A stretch of DNA of 64,000 bases from Clostridia bacterium. Its GTDB lineage: Bacteria > Bacillota > Clostridia > Christensenellales > CAG-1252. Location of the stretch: the NCBI GenBank assembly GCA_024685775.1, contig JAIKVL010000004.1:70486-134485 (forward strand), read 5' to 3'. Position 1 is the stretch's first letter. Each line of letters starts with the position of its first letter. A program made the position numbers and the translations under genes. The notes under the pieces were generated by a model. That model was not told the DNA's origin and searched no databases. It saw nothing but the letters and a program-made list of their open reading frames with translations. Below are positions 1-9,868 of this stretch, one piece after another.

Positions 1-168
1 GTCGTCCACACCGGGGATAATATCGTCCAAAGGCATAATGACCGCGGCGGCGACGACGGGGCCCGCGAGAGGTCCTCTGCCCGCTTCGTCCATTCCCGCG
101 ATCAAGGTCACGCCTTCGGACAGCAGCTCCTTTTCAAAGCTCAAATTCTCTTTCGTTTCAAATTTCAT
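1..168 (-). CDS. rnhB: Ribonuclease HII, first 56 codons only (gene runs off the window start)
   Basis: My own reverse-complement translation from the ATG at 166-168 gives [49 protein letters not shown]. It contains the DEAGRGxxxGPxV catalytic motif. The gene sits in the canonical position downstream of rbgA. Confidence 0.85.
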   Translation of the reverse strand, partial: MKFETKENLSFEKELLSEGVTLIAGMDEAGRGPLAGPVVAAAVIMPLDDIIPGVDD

Positions 169-1003
169 CGGGTTTCTCCAAGGTGATCTTACCGAGCCGC
201 TGTTTGCGGAAATCGTCGATCACGGCAAGCGCCGTTTTATCGAGATCAGGCTCCGCGCCTTTCATCATAAAGCCTCTTTTTTTCGCGATCTCGGAAAGGA
301 TTTCAAGCGGAGTTCCGCTTGCTTCGACCCCGTATCTGTTTTTGAGATTCGTCGGAAATTTCCGACAAAAGAAAGCAATCAAAGCGAGCGACAGTTCCGC
401 CGTGTCGACGACGGCGTCGCGCACCGATCCGATAAACGCGAGGTTCAGACCGACCGTTTCCGACTTCATGCTGTGAGAGAGCGTCCCCGGAGTGTCCAAG
501 AGGGAGACGCCGCCCGGAAGTCGGACCCATTGCTCCCCTTTCGTGACGCCGGGCTTATCGCCCGTCACCGTCTTTTTGCCGCGGCAAAGCGCGTTGATCA
601 AAGTAGACTTTCCCGTGTTGGGCATTCCGATGACCATCGCCTTTACGGCGTAACGAACGCCCTTATTCGCGTTGCGCTCGATCTTCTCTTTATTGATCTC
701 GTTCAAGAGCGCGAGGATCTTTTGCGCGTCGCGAGAAGCCGTCCCCGACGTCGCGATCACGGTCATCCCTTTGCTCTTAAAATATTGTTCCCACAGACGC
801 GCGTCCGCGGGTTCGACCATATCGCACTTGTTGATGACGTACAAAACGGGTTTGTTTTGAATGAGATTATCGAATTCCGGATTGATGCAGGAAAAAGGGG
901 CGCGCGCGTCCAAGACGTACACCAAGCTGTCCACCTTTTTCAGGCTTTCTTCCATTTGGCGTTTCGCTTTCGCCATATGTCCCGGAAACCATTGAATAAT
1001 CAT
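158..1003 (-). CDS. rbgA: Ribosome biogenesis GTPase A (YlqF/RbgA)
   Basis: 281-aa ORF starting [15 protein letters not shown]. The G motifs are circularly permuted (NKCD before GMPNTGKST). Synteny with trmD and rnhB. Confidence 0.9.
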   Translation of the reverse strand: MIIQWFPGHMAKAKRQMEESLKKVDSLVYVLDARAPFSCINPEFDNLIQNKPVLYVINKCDMVEPADARLWEQYFKSKGMTVIATSGTASRDAQKILALLNEINKEKIERNANKGVRYAVKAMVIGMPNTGKSTLINALCRGKKTVTGDKPGVTKGEQWVRLPGGVSLLDTPGTLSHSMKSETVGLNLAFIGSVRDAVVDTAELSLALIAFFCRKFPTNLKNRYGVEASGTPLEILSEIAKKRGFMMKGAEPDLDKTALAVIDDFRKQRLGKITLEKPDEI

Positions 1004-1674
1004 TTTTTCTCCAAGAGATCGGGTCTGAGTTTTTTCGTGATTTCAAGGCTTTGCGCCTTTCGCCATTTCGCGACTTCCGCGTGATCCCCGGAAAGCAGGA
1101 CGTCGGGGACTTTAAGCCCCATAAACTCCTGCGGGCGCGTGTACTGCGGATATTCGAGAAGCGCGCCGGAAAAGCTCTCTTCTTCCGTACTTTGCTCGCT
1201 GCCGAGGACGCCCGAAACGTATCGGGAAAGCGCGTTTATGACAACCATACAGGGGAGATCGCCGCTCGTCAAGACGTAATCGCCGATCGAAAGCTCCTCG
1301 TCGATACAAAGATCGATCACGCGTTGATCGACGCCTTCGTAACTGCCGCAAAGGAAAAGAAGATCGCTCTTTTCGGAGAGTTCGACCGCCTTTTTCTGCG
1401 AGAACGTTTTTCCGCGCGGAGAAAGGAAAATGCGCAAGCATTCGTGATCGGGGTCGGCATTTTGTATCGCGTCGTAGATCGGCTGCGGCGTCATCAGCAT
1501 TCCCGCCCCTCCGCCGAAGGGATAGTCGTCCGTCTTCTTATGCTTATCCGCGGAATAATCGCGGATATTATAGAGTTCGAGCTCGAATTTACCGCTTTGG
1601 ATCGCTTTTTCGAGGATCCCGACTTTGAGTCCGTCGTACGCTTCCGGGAAAAGGGTCAAAACTTTAATTTTCAT
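1000..1674 (-). CDS. trmD: tRNA (guanine37-N1)-methyltransferase
   Basis: 224-aa ORF starting MKIKVLTLFPE, with the GGGAGM and LSPRG motifs typical of TrmD. It lies downstream of rimM. Confidence 0.92.
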   Translation of the reverse strand: MKIKVLTLFPEAYDGLKVGILEKAIQSGKFELELYNIRDYSADKHKKTDDYPFGGGAGMLMTPQPIYDAIQNADPDHECLRIFLSPRGKTFSQKKAVELSEKSDLLFLCGSYEGVDQRVIDLCIDEELSIGDYVLTSGDLPCMVVINALSRYVSGVLGSEQSTEEESFSGALLEYPQYTRPQEFMGLKVPDVLLSGDHAEVAKWRKAQSLEITKKLRPDLLEKK

Positions 1675-2170
1675 AGACCGCCGCCTCCCCGAACGCCGTT
1701 TCGTCGAAAACGATGGTCTTCGCCGCGAGATCGGCGACCGCGTTCAGTTTTTTCAAAAACGGGATCATGATCTCTTTTTCCCCTTTGATCAAGAGGACGT
1801 CGGCGGCGCGGGCGTTTTGATAGACGTCCGTGATCTCTCCGACGTTTTTTCCTCCGACGAGGACGCGAAGACCGACGAGATCGCTGATAAAGAACTCGCC
1901 CTTTTTGAGGTTCTCCGCGTCCGCGCGATCCACTTCGAGGAGCTTGCCGCGAAGAAGATCGGCGTCGTCTCGATTCAAGACGCCTTCGATTTGAACGATC
2001 GCCTGATCGTCCGCTCTGCGCGCGCGGATCTTGACCTTCCTATCGCCGAGATAAGCCTCTTTGACACGGCAAAAAAGTTCGGGTGAGTCCAAAAGGACGA
2101 TCGCCCGAACTTCTCCTTTCACGCCGTGCGGTTTAGTTATTTTCGCTATCGCCAGCCTCATTGATCTCAC
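1664..2170 (-). CDS. rimM: 16S rRNA processing protein RimM
   Basis: 168-aa ORF with the N-terminal IAKITKPHGVKGEV motif and a PRC-barrel-like C-terminus. The start could be the internal Met at 2161. Confidence 0.85.
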   Translation of the reverse strand: MRSMRLAIAKITKPHGVKGEVRAIVLLDSPELFCRVKEAYLGDRKVKIRARRADDQAIVQIEGVLNRDDADLLRGKLLEVDRADAENLKKGEFFISDLVGLRVLVGGKNVGEITDVYQNARAADVLLIKGEKEIMIPFLKKLNAVADLAAKTIVFDETAFGEAAVYEN

Positions 2171-2384
2171 GGATCTCGACGTCGTAACGCTTATTGCGCT
2201 TCGCCGCCGCGGCTTTTACGATGAGACGGATCGCTTTCGCGGTTTTTCCGCCGCGACCGATCACGCGACCGATATCATCCGGCGAAAGCGTAATCGTGAT
2301 CAAACGCTCTTCTTCGCTGATCTCGACCGAAAAATCGGAATTTCCGGTCAACGATTCAACGATGTAGGAAACCAATTCTTGCAT
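2133..2384 (-). CDS. ylqC: KH-domain RNA-binding protein (YlqC family)
   Basis: 83-aa ORF with the GRVIGRGGKTAKAIR KH motif. It lies between rpsP and rimM, as in Bacillus. Confidence 0.8.
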   Translation of the reverse strand: MQELVSYIVESLTGNSDFSVEISEEERLITITLSPDDIGRVIGRGGKTAKAIRLIVKAAAAKRNKRYDVEIREINEAGDSENN

Positions 2385-2386
2385 CG

Positions 2387-2641
2387 TTATTCACCCTTGT
2401 TCTCGATAACGCCGGCTTTCTTCAAAAGAACGCGCACGGTATCGGTGGGTTGCGCGCCGTTCGCGATCCACTTCTTCGCAAGATCCGCATCCACCTTGAT
2501 GGTTTCGGGATTGGTCATGGGATCGAAATAGCCGACCTGCTCGATGTACATGCCGTCTCTCGCTTTTCTGCTGTCCACCGCGACGATGCGGTAGCAGGGT
2601 TTGCCTTTTGCGCCGATTCTCGTAAGTCTGAGTTTTACCAT
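2387..2641 (-). CDS. rpsP: 30S ribosomal protein S16
   Basis: 84-aa ORF starting MVKLRLTRIGAKGKPCYRIVAVDSR, a canonical S16 N-terminus. Confidence 0.95.
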   Translation of the reverse strand: MVKLRLTRIGAKGKPCYRIVAVDSRKARDGMYIEQVGYFDPMTNPETIKVDADLAKKWIANGAQPTDTVRVLLKKAGVIENKGE

Positions 2642-2672
2642 TTGTTTATACCTCCGTATTGATTACCTTTTA

Positions 2673-3992
2673 TTAAAAGGGGAATCCCCCTCTTCTTCCG
2701 TTCTTCATGCGCTTCATCATTTCGCGCGTCGCCTCGAACTGTTTCAGCAAGGCGTTTACGTCCGAAATCTCCGTCCCGCTTCCCGCCGCGATGCGCTTTT
2801 TGCGGCTCGCTTTTATGAGGTCGGGATTGTTTCTTTCTTTCTCCGTCATCGACTGGATGATCGCTTTGGTGCGCGCGATCTTTCCTTCGTCCACTTGGAG
2901 ATCCTGCCCGTTCAGCTTTTGGGAAAGCCCGGGGATCATCCCGATCATTTGGGTAAGATTTCCCATTTTCTTCATTTTATCCAGCTGAACGAGATAATCG
3001 GACAGCGTGAAACTCGATTCGCGAAGTTTCTTTTCGAGGGCGCGCGCCTCTTCTTCCGAGAAGGCTTCCTGCGCCTTTTCGATCAAGGTCAGGACGTCCC
3101 CCATACCGAGGATCCTCGACGCCATACGCTCGGGATGAAAAGGCTCGATATCGCCCATCTTTTCGCCCGTGCCGCAATAGCGAACGCTCTTTCCCGTTAC
3201 GGCTTTGATCGAAAGCGCCGCGCCGCCGCGGGTATCGCCGTCCAGCTTCGTCAGGATTACGCCCGTGATATCGAGAAGTTCGTTGAACTTTTCCGCTACG
3301 TTGACCGCGTCTTGACCGGTCATCGAGTCGACGACGAGCAGGATCTCCTGCGGTTTCAGGAAGGCTTTGAGTTCTTCGAGCTCGCCCATCAAAGCTTCAT
3401 CGATATGCAGTCTGCCCGCAGTGTCTACGATCAAGGTATCGTAGCCCGATTTCTCCGCGACGTCCAAAGCGTGCTTTACGATCTTCAAAGGAGCGATCTG
3501 CCCTTTTTCGATGACGGGAACGCCCGCTTTTTCTCCTACTTTTTGGAGTTGCAGGATCGCCGCCGGGCGATACACGTCGCACGCGACGAGCGCGGGTCTC
3601 TTTCCGCTCTTTTTAAGCATCATGCCGAGCTTGCCGCACATCGTCGTCTTACCGCTGCCCTGCAAGCCGCACATTAAGATGATCGTCGGCGGGCGGTCGG
3701 CTACGGCGAGCTTGGTATGCGCGCCTCCGAGAAGGTTGATGAGTTCTTCGTTTACGATCTTAATGACCTGCTGAGTCGGCGTTAGGCTCTTTAAGACCTC
3801 TTCGCCGACGGCTTTTTCGGTCACGGCGGCGATGAAATTTTTTGCGACGGTAAAGTTTACGTCCGCTTCGAGAAGGGCGATCCTGACTTCGCGCATCGCT
3901 TGCTTGATTTCAAGCTCGGTCAACGCGCCTTTATTCTTCATTTTGGAAAAGATGTGATTCAGCCTTGTTCCGAGTCCGTCGAACGCTCCCAT
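2673..3992 (-). CDS. ffh: Signal recognition particle protein Ffh
   Basis: 439-aa ORF with the GLQGSGKTT P-loop, DTAGR and TKLDGDTRGG motifs, and a Met-rich M domain. Confidence 0.95.
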   Translation of the reverse strand: MGAFDGLGTRLNHIFSKMKNKGALTELEIKQAMREVRIALLEADVNFTVAKNFIAAVTEKAVGEEVLKSLTPTQQVIKIVNEELINLLGGAHTKLAVADRPPTIILMCGLQGSGKTTMCGKLGMMLKKSGKRPALVACDVYRPAAILQLQKVGEKAGVPVIEKGQIAPLKIVKHALDVAEKSGYDTLIVDTAGRLHIDEALMGELEELKAFLKPQEILLVVDSMTGQDAVNVAEKFNELLDITGVILTKLDGDTRGGAALSIKAVTGKSVRYCGTGEKMGDIEPFHPERMASRILGMGDVLTLIEKAQEAFSEEEARALEKKLRESSFTLSDYLVQLDKMKKMGNLTQMIGMIPGLSQKLNGQDLQVDEGKIARTKAIIQSMTEKERNNPDLIKASRKKRIAAGSGTEISDVNALLKQFEATREMMKRMKNGRRGGFPF

Positions 3993-4313
3993 TTATCCCT
4001 CCAATGCTTCATAGACTTTTTTGAGTTTTGCTTTGAGCGCTTCATCACCCGCGGAAACTTCGTCCAAAGCCGCGGCGACGCGACTCTTCCAAGCGATCTT
4101 TCCGACCGCCGCTTCCGCTTTTTCCAAGGACCCGACCGCGTGCTTCACTGCGTCTCTGACGGCTTGGCGCGTGACGCCCGCCTCTTCCGCGATCTCGAAA
4201 AGCGACATATCGAGCTCGACGTAATCGGACAGCATTTTCCGCTGTCTTTCGGTCAAAAGCCCGCCGTACTCCGACAGAAGCGCCGCTATTTTTATCCGAT
4301 CTTCGATCTCCAT
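3993..4313 (-). CDS. ylxM: UPF0122/YlxM putative helix-turn-helix protein
   Basis: 106-aa ORF containing LTERQRKMLSDYVELDMSLFEIAEEAGVTRQAVRDAV. It sits immediately upstream of ffh. Confidence 0.85.
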   Translation of the reverse strand: MEIEDRIKIAALLSEYGGLLTERQRKMLSDYVELDMSLFEIAEEAGVTRQAVRDAVKHAVGSLEKAEAAVGKIAWKSRVAAALDEVSAGDEALKAKLKKVYEALEG

Positions 4314-4346
4314 ATCGCACTCCTATCAAGCAAAATTACTTTACAC

Positions 4347-4375
4347 ATTATAATAAAAGAAAACGCGGCTGTCAA
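4347..4375 (-). promoter_or_regulatory. Sigma-A type promoter for ylxM-ffh-rpsP
   Basis: On the minus strand: TTGACA (4375-4370), a 17-nt spacer, then TATAAT (4352-4347). An AGGAG site precedes the ylxM ATG. Confidence 0.6.
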
Positions 4376-4511
4376 GTATTTTTACTTAACAATCGCGTTT
4401 TCATACTTCGTAAACCGAAAAAAAACGAGGGCGCGCAGGCGCGTACTTTTTATAGGTAACCGTGCGGCAACGAGGTAGTTGGCAAAGTATATGCGCCGCT
4501 ATACGCGCTCG

Positions 4512-5408
4512 TTACGGAACGATCGCGGAAATAAAGTCGTTCGCGTCGAAGGGAAGAAGGTCTTCCTTTCCTTCGCCCACGCCGACGAACAGGACGGGGA
4601 TCTCCATCTCGTTGCAGATCGCGAGGACGACGCCGCCTTTCGCGGTCCCGTCGAGCTTGGTCAAAATGATCCCGTCCACGTCGATCGCTTCTTTGAAGAT
4701 CTCGACCTGCGACAAAGCGTTCTGCCCCGTCGTCGCGTCGAGGACGATATAGCTGCGGTAATCGGCTTCGGGATAATCGCGCAAAACGACGCGATTGATC
4801 TTTTTAAGCTCTTCCATCAAGTTCTTTTTGTTGTGAAGTCTGCCGGCGGTGTCGATCAAAAGAACGTCGGTCTTTTTCGCCTTGCAGGAAGCGATCGCAT
4901 CGAAGACGACCGCCGCGGGATCCGCGCCCTCTTCGTGCTTGATGATCTTGACTTTACTGCGATCCGCCCAAACGCCGAGCTGTTCCGCTGCCGCCGCGCG
5001 GAAGGTATCCGCCGCCGCGAGGGTAACGGATTTTCCCATCGAGGTGAAATAATGCGCGAGCTTTCCGATCGCCGTCGTCTTTCCGACGCCGTTTACGCCC
5101 GCCACGAGAAGACACAAAGGATACTCGTACTCGGGAACGTCGTAATCGATCATTTCCTTTAAGATCTCGGCGAAGACGTCCTTCGCGTCCTCGGTCGCGG
5201 AGATCCTTTTTTGATAGCAACGATCGCGAAGCTCTTCGACCGCTTGCGACGCCGTTTCGACGCCGACGTCCGCTCCGATCAAAGCCATTTCCAGCTCCTC
5301 GTAAAAATCGTCGTCCAGCGCCCTGCCCTTGAAAAGTTCGTAGATTTTTTTGGAGAACGCTTCTTTGGTGCGTTTCAACCCGTCCGCAATCTTACTGAAA
5401 AACCCCAT
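4512..5408 (-). CDS. ftsY: SRP receptor FtsY
   Basis: 298-aa ORF with GVNGVGKTT, DTAGR and TKLDGTAKGG motifs. Adjacent to smc. Confidence 0.93.
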   Translation of the reverse strand: MGFFSKIADGLKRTKEAFSKKIYELFKGRALDDDFYEELEMALIGADVGVETASQAVEELRDRCYQKRISATEDAKDVFAEILKEMIDYDVPEYEYPLCLLVAGVNGVGKTTAIGKLAHYFTSMGKSVTLAAADTFRAAAAEQLGVWADRSKVKIIKHEEGADPAAVVFDAIASCKAKKTDVLLIDTAGRLHNKKNLMEELKKINRVVLRDYPEADYRSYIVLDATTGQNALSQVEIFKEAIDVDGIILTKLDGTAKGGVVLAICNEMEIPVLFVGVGEGKEDLLPFDANDFISAIVP

Positions 5409-5409
5409 A

Positions 5410-8400
5410 TTACGCCTCCGCGCGAATCTCGCTGAGCTTGACCGCGATGACTTTTGACACGCCTCTTTCTTCCATCGTTACGCCGAACAGTTCGTCCGCA
5501 AGTTCCATAACGGGCTTTTTGTGAGTGATGACGACGAATTGCGTGTCGCGACTGTATTTTTTGAGATAGTTTGCGAGAAGGATCGTGTTGCTCTCGTCGA
5601 GCGCGGCTTCAATCTCGTCCAAGATCGAGAACGGCATCGGGCGAAGCCTGAGGATCGCAAACAGAATCGCGATCGAGGTCAAAGCCTGCTCGCCGCCGGA
5701 CAAAGAATGCAGACTCGCCTGCGCCTTTCCGGGCAGCTTAACGACGATGTCGACGCCTTTTTCGAGTTCTCCCGCCTTTTCGGGATCGACGTCCACGAGG
5801 ACGAGGTCGGCGTTACCGCCGCCGAAAAGATCGGAGAAAGTCTTTTTGAAGTTTTGATTGATCTGCTCGAACGCCGCGTTGAACTTGCCGAGCATATCCG
5901 CGTTCATCGCCGCGATGAGTTTTTCGAGATCCTCTTTGGCTTTGACGAGGTCTTCGAGTTGGGAGTACAGCTCTTCGTGGCGGTTTTTGACGTTCTCGTA
6001 ATCTTCGAACGCGTTGAAGTTGATCGACCCGAGTTGGGCGATCTTACCGCGCAGGCTCGAAATCGCGGAAGGCGCTTCGGCGGGATTGAAATTCTCCGTG
6101 TCGCGCAAAGCGAGCATTTCCTCTTCGGACAGCTCGTACTCTCCGAGAACGCGGTCGCGAAGGGTCGCGAGGTCGCCTTCGATCTTCTCGACCTTACTCT
6201 CTTCACGCGCGCGCTTATCCATAATGGAAGCGATCGTGTCGTTAACCTTGCTTCTCGCTTCGTCCGTCTGAGCGAGCGAGGCGCGCAACGCGGCTTTTTC
6301 CATATCTTTAAGCTGCATCTCTTTTTCGATCTGTTCGAGACGCGCTTTTTCCTCTCCCGAGAATTCGAGTTCGGGGGAGCTGTTCTTCGTGTTTTCCAGC
6401 TCGGTTTCCACGCCGAGAAGGGAAGTCTTTTTCTCTTGCCAAGCCTCGTCCGCTTGCGCTTTTTCCCCTTCGAATCTCTTGATATCCGATTCGATCTGAG
6501 AGAGTTCGAGGCGGACGGACGAGCATTCGACTTGCGCGTTCGTCACCGCCGCGGTCAAAGAATCGCGCAGTTTGCGCTTCGCCTCCGCGTCTTCCTTGGA
6601 GGCTTTCGCCTGCCCTTGGACGCTTTGACGCTTGCCTTCGATATCCTGATTCAAACCCTCCGCGCTCTTGATCTCGCTTTGGACGGCGGCGAGCCTGCCG
6701 ATGACTTCGTTCAGTTCGCCCTGCTCGCGCGTCATACGTTCGTTAGTCTCGGCGATGAGTTTATCGGACGTCGCGATCCTTTCGGTTTCGGTCGCGATCT
6801 CCAAATCGACGGCTTGAATTTCGTCGCGCAGAGAATAGATCTCTTCTTCGATTTTCTTGGCTTCCGCGTCTTTCTTTTCGACTTCGGCGCGGAGTTTTTC
6901 GCGCTCGACGAAAAGCGCCTTCAAAGCCTCGCGGGCTTCGTTCAGCTCGCGTTCCTTGGAAAGGTGCATCGCGTTCTTTTGGCGACGGCTACCGCCGGTG
7001 ATCGTCCTTCTCGGATCGATGATATCGCCGTCCAACGTCACGATCTTTACGCCGTAATCATAGCGATCCGCCATTTCGCGCGCGCATTCGAGATCCTCGG
7101 CGATAACCGTTCTGCCGAGAAGTTGCTCGATGACGTCCGAATGACGGGGATCGAATTTGATGAGTTCGGAGCAAATACCGAGCGCGCCGCGCATATTCAA
7201 AACGCCCCTGTACTCGTATGCGAGCGCTTGCGGGCGGGCTTTGTTCGCGGGGATCATCGTCGCGACGCCGTACTCGTGCGACTTCAAATAATTGACGATA
7301 TAGACCGCGTCGAGATCGGTCGGAGTGACGACGTGTTGCACCGAAGCGCCGAGCGCCGCCTCGATCGCGACCTCGTACTCTTTCGGGACTTTGATAAGCT
7401 GACCGACGACGCCTTCGATATGCTTCGCGAGAGAAGCGTCCGTCTCCGCGTCGTTCAAAAGCAATTTGACGGCTTGCTGATATCCTTCGTGTTGCCCGAC
7501 AATATCCGCCATCGCGCGGACTCTGCCCTCTTTATTCGCGTACTCCGCGTTCTTTTCATTCAAGGCGACGTTCATATGGTAAGTCGTCTGCCTGAGATCG
7601 TTATATTCGCCCGAACGAAGCGCGCGCTTTTCGCGAAGCGCGAGTTTCTTTTTCGTCAAAGAATCGATGAGCGCGAGCGATTTTTGCTTTTGCGCTTCTT
7701 CGCGTTCGAGGATCGCCGCCGAAGCTCGGACACTGATTTCGAGAGAAGAACGCCTTTGCTCCAACGAGCCCGCTTCCGCGTTGAATCCCGCGAGAGAGGA
7801 GCGGACGTCCGACAAACGACCGAACACGTCGAACACTTCGCTGTTGGACTTTTCGATCGAGCTTTCGTTCCCCGCGATCTCTTCGGAAAGCGCGAGAAGT
7901 TTTGCGGATAACGCTTCGAAACGCTGATCCGCGAGATAGGATTCCTTCCTGCGAATATCGAGAATCGCATTCGCCTCTTTCAAGGTCTCGGAGAGGACTT
8001 CCCTTTCGCCTTCGGTCTCGGCGAGTTCTTTTTCGATCCTTTCCTTTTCTTCGGTCAAATGGGCGAGTTTATTTTTGAAAACCGCCATCAAACCGCTGTT
8101 CTTTTCACTGCTGACTTTGAGCTTTTCCCTTTCTTCGAGAAGGGCGCGAACGGTTTTCTCGTTCTTGTCGATCTCTTCCAAGCTCTTGTTATACTGCGTC
8201 GTCAAGCGAATGGATTCGCTTTCCTTCGCGTAAAGCTCTTCGGTAAACGCCTTGACGTTCTCCGCGATCTTTTGCTTTTTGCGGACGCTGTCCTCACGGG
8301 AATGCAAATAGAAATTGACTTCCTGATAGCGCATCTGCTCTTTGTACTCGAAGAATTTCTGCGCCGCGTCGCGCTGCTTGGCGAGAGGCACCATTTGGCG

Positions 8401-9000
8401 TTCGAGCTCGGAGACGATATCCTGCAAACGGGTGATATCCTCGCCCGCGCGAGCGAGCTTGCGCTCGGTCTCGACCTTTTCCGCTTTGGTCTTCGCGATG
8501 CCCGCGGCTTCTTCGAAGATCTGGCGGCGATCGATCGGCTTAGATTCCATGATCTCCGCGACTTTGCCCTGCCCGATGATCGAATAGCCGTCCTTGCCCG
8601 CGCCCGTGTCGCGCATGATATCCAAAATATCGCGTAGACGGCAAATATTATGGTTCAGATAATATTCGCTCGTCCCGGAGCGATACAGCTTGCGGGTGAC
8701 GACGACCTCTTCGCGGTCGGTTTTGAAAATGTGATTGGAGTTATCGAAGACGAGAGAAACCTCGCAATAAGACATCGAGGGGCGTTTTTCCGTTCCGTTA
8801 AAAATGACGTCCTGCATTTTGGAACCGCGAAGAGCCTTGGCGCTCATTTCACCGAGCACCCAACGGACGGCGTCCGCGACGTTACTTTTGCCGCAGCCGT
8901 TCGGACCGACGATCCCCGTGAAACTATTTTGAAAATCGATCACGGTTTTGCCGGCAAAGGACTTAAATCCTTGCAGTTCGAGCCTTTTGAAGTTGACCAT
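5410..9000 (-). CDS. smc: Chromosome segregation protein SMC
   Basis: About 1196 aa from MVNFKRLELQGFKSF. It has the Walker A GPNGCGKSN, long coiled coils, a hinge, the LSGGE signature and a Walker B ILDEIEAALD. The ORF-track start at 9021 is probably a 7-codon over-extension. Confidence 0.93.
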   Translation of the reverse strand: MVNFKRLELQGFKSFAGKTVIDFQNSFTGIVGPNGCGKSNVADAVRWVLGEMSAKALRGSKMQDVIFNGTEKRPSMSYCEVSLVFDNSNHIFKTDREEVVVTRKLYRSGTSEYYLNHNICRLRDILDIMRDTGAGKDGYSIIGQGKVAEIMESKPIDRRQIFEEAAGIAKTKAEKVETERKLARAGEDITRLQDIVSELERQMVPLAKQRDAAQKFFEYKEQMRYQEVNFYLHSREDSVRKKQKIAENVKAFTEELYAKESESIRLTTQYNKSLEEIDKNEKTVRALLEEREKLKVSSEKNSGLMAVFKNKLAHLTEEKERIEKELAETEGEREVLSETLKEANAILDIRRKESYLADQRFEALSAKLLALSEEIAGNESSIEKSNSEVFDVFGRLSDVRSSLAGFNAEAGSLEQRRSSLEISVRASAAILEREEAQKQKSLALIDSLTKKKLALREKRALRSGEYNDLRQTTYHMNVALNEKNAEYANKEGRVRAMADIVGQHEGYQQAVKLLLNDAETDASLAKHIEGVVGQLIKVPKEYEVAIEAALGASVQHVVTPTDLDAVYIVNYLKSHEYGVATMIPANKARPQALAYEYRGVLNMRGALGICSELIKFDPRHSDVIEQLLGRTVIAEDLECAREMADRYDYGVKIVTLDGDIIDPRRTITGGSRRQKNAMHLSKERELNEAREALKALFVEREKLRAEVEKKDAEAKKIEEEIYSLRDEIQAVDLEIATETERIATSDKLIAETNERMTREQGELNEVIGRLAAVQSEIKSAEGLNQDIEGKRQSVQGQAKASKEDAEAKRKLRDSLTAAVTNAQVECSSVRLELSQIESDIKRFEGEKAQADEAWQEKKTSLLGVETELENTKNSSPELEFSGEEKARLEQIEKEMQLKDMEKAALRASLAQTDEARSKVNDTIASIMDKRAREESKVEKIEGDLATLRDRVLGEYELSEEEMLALRDTENFNPAEAPSAISSLRGKIAQLGSINFNAFEDYENVKNRHEELYSQLEDLVKAKEDLEKLIAAMNADMLGKFNAAFEQINQNFKKTFSDLFGGGNADLVLVDVDPEKAGELEKGVDIVVKLPGKAQASLHSLSGGEQALTSIAILFAILRLRPMPFSILDEIEAALDESNTILLANYLKKYSRDTQFVVITHKKPVMELADELFGVTMEERGVSKVIAVKLSEIRAEA

Positions 9001-9041
9001 TTTTCTCCCGCATTGGCGCATAAGCGCGCTTATACCATAGA

Positions 9042-9050
9042 ATTATATCA
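9042..9050 (-). promoter_or_regulatory. Possible extended -10 element upstream of smc
   Basis: The minus strand reads TGaTATAAT about 40 nt upstream of the smc ATG. The -35 element is weak. Confidence 0.3.
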
Positions 9051-9140
9051 TAGTTTAGAGAAAGAAATAAAGTATTTTGATTTACATTTTGCATAAGCGA
9101 AAAGAAAAAACCGTTTGAAGAAAAAGAAACTTGTTACAAA

Positions 9141-9169
9141 CGGAAAAACGGCGAATCGATTCGCCGTTT
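9141..9169 (-). terminator. Rho-independent terminator after rnc
   Basis: Palindrome CGGCGAATCGATTCGCCG, followed on the minus strand by TTTTTCCGTTT. Confidence 0.55.
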
Positions 9170-9241
9170 CTTTTCCGTATTTTTTGCTTTTGCCGTTCTT
9201 GCGATCCCACGAATTTGCGCCGACGACCTCGGGCAAACGGG

Positions 9242-9868
9242 TTATTCTCCTTTCAACGCTTTCAACGCGATCGCGCAGGCTTCGTTTTCCGCGGTTTTGA
9301 TATTGCGCGCGGTGGCGAAACCTCGGCTCTTCCCGTTGACGTAGACCTCGACGGTAAACTTCTTATTCGTTTCGGGACCCGATTCCGTGTGCGGCGCGTC
9401 GTACGACCACTTGTTTTTCTCGCAAAGCTCTTTTACTTTCGATTTGAAATCAACGAAAGAATCCGCGAGCGAGATCGTCCGTTTGACGAAAGAGACCGCC
9501 GCTTCGAAACCGCCGTCCAAAAGGATCGCCGCCGTTACGGCTTCATAGAGATCGCAACGCATTTTTTCCGAAAGAGCGCAACCGTTTTTAACGCAGCGCT
9601 CGGAAAAACCGAGCCGATCCGAAAGCGCGGCGAGCGGTTCGCGCGAAACCATGGATTTGCGCCGCTCCGTCATCTCGCCGGGATCGAGCGAAGGACTCCG
9701 AAAAAGCATTTCGCTGACCGCGTAATTGACGACGCTGTCGCCCAAAAATTCGAGCGTTTCGTAGTTCTCCTTGATATCGGCGGATTTATGCGTCAGCGCG
9801 CGAGCGAGCAAGCGTTCGTTATGAAACGCGTAACCGATCTCTTCATACAAAGCCCGAAAATCACTCAT
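9242..9868 (-). CDS. rnc: Ribonuclease III
   Basis: 208-aa ORF with the ETLEFLGDSV signature and a C-terminal dsRBD-like segment. Confidence 0.9.
   Translation of the reverse strand: MSDFRALYEEIGYAFHNERLLARALTHKSADIKENYETLEFLGDSVVNYAVSEMLFRSPSLDPGEMTERRKSMVSREPLAALSDRLGFSERCVKNGCALSEKMRCDLYEAVTAAILLDGGFEAAVSFVKRTISLADSFVDFKSKVKELCEKNKWSYDAPHTESGPETNKKFTVEVYVNGKSRGFATARNIKTAENEACAIALKALKGE

Noticed and set aside
9048-9236. Small ORFs in the smc-rnc spacer (62 aa on the minus strand, 61 aa on the plus strand), and the 259-aa plus-strand ORF at 9131-9910.
   Set aside because: They span the rnc terminator hairpin or lie antisense to rnc. Their products are low-complexity Phe/Lys-rich peptides, and they have no SD sites.
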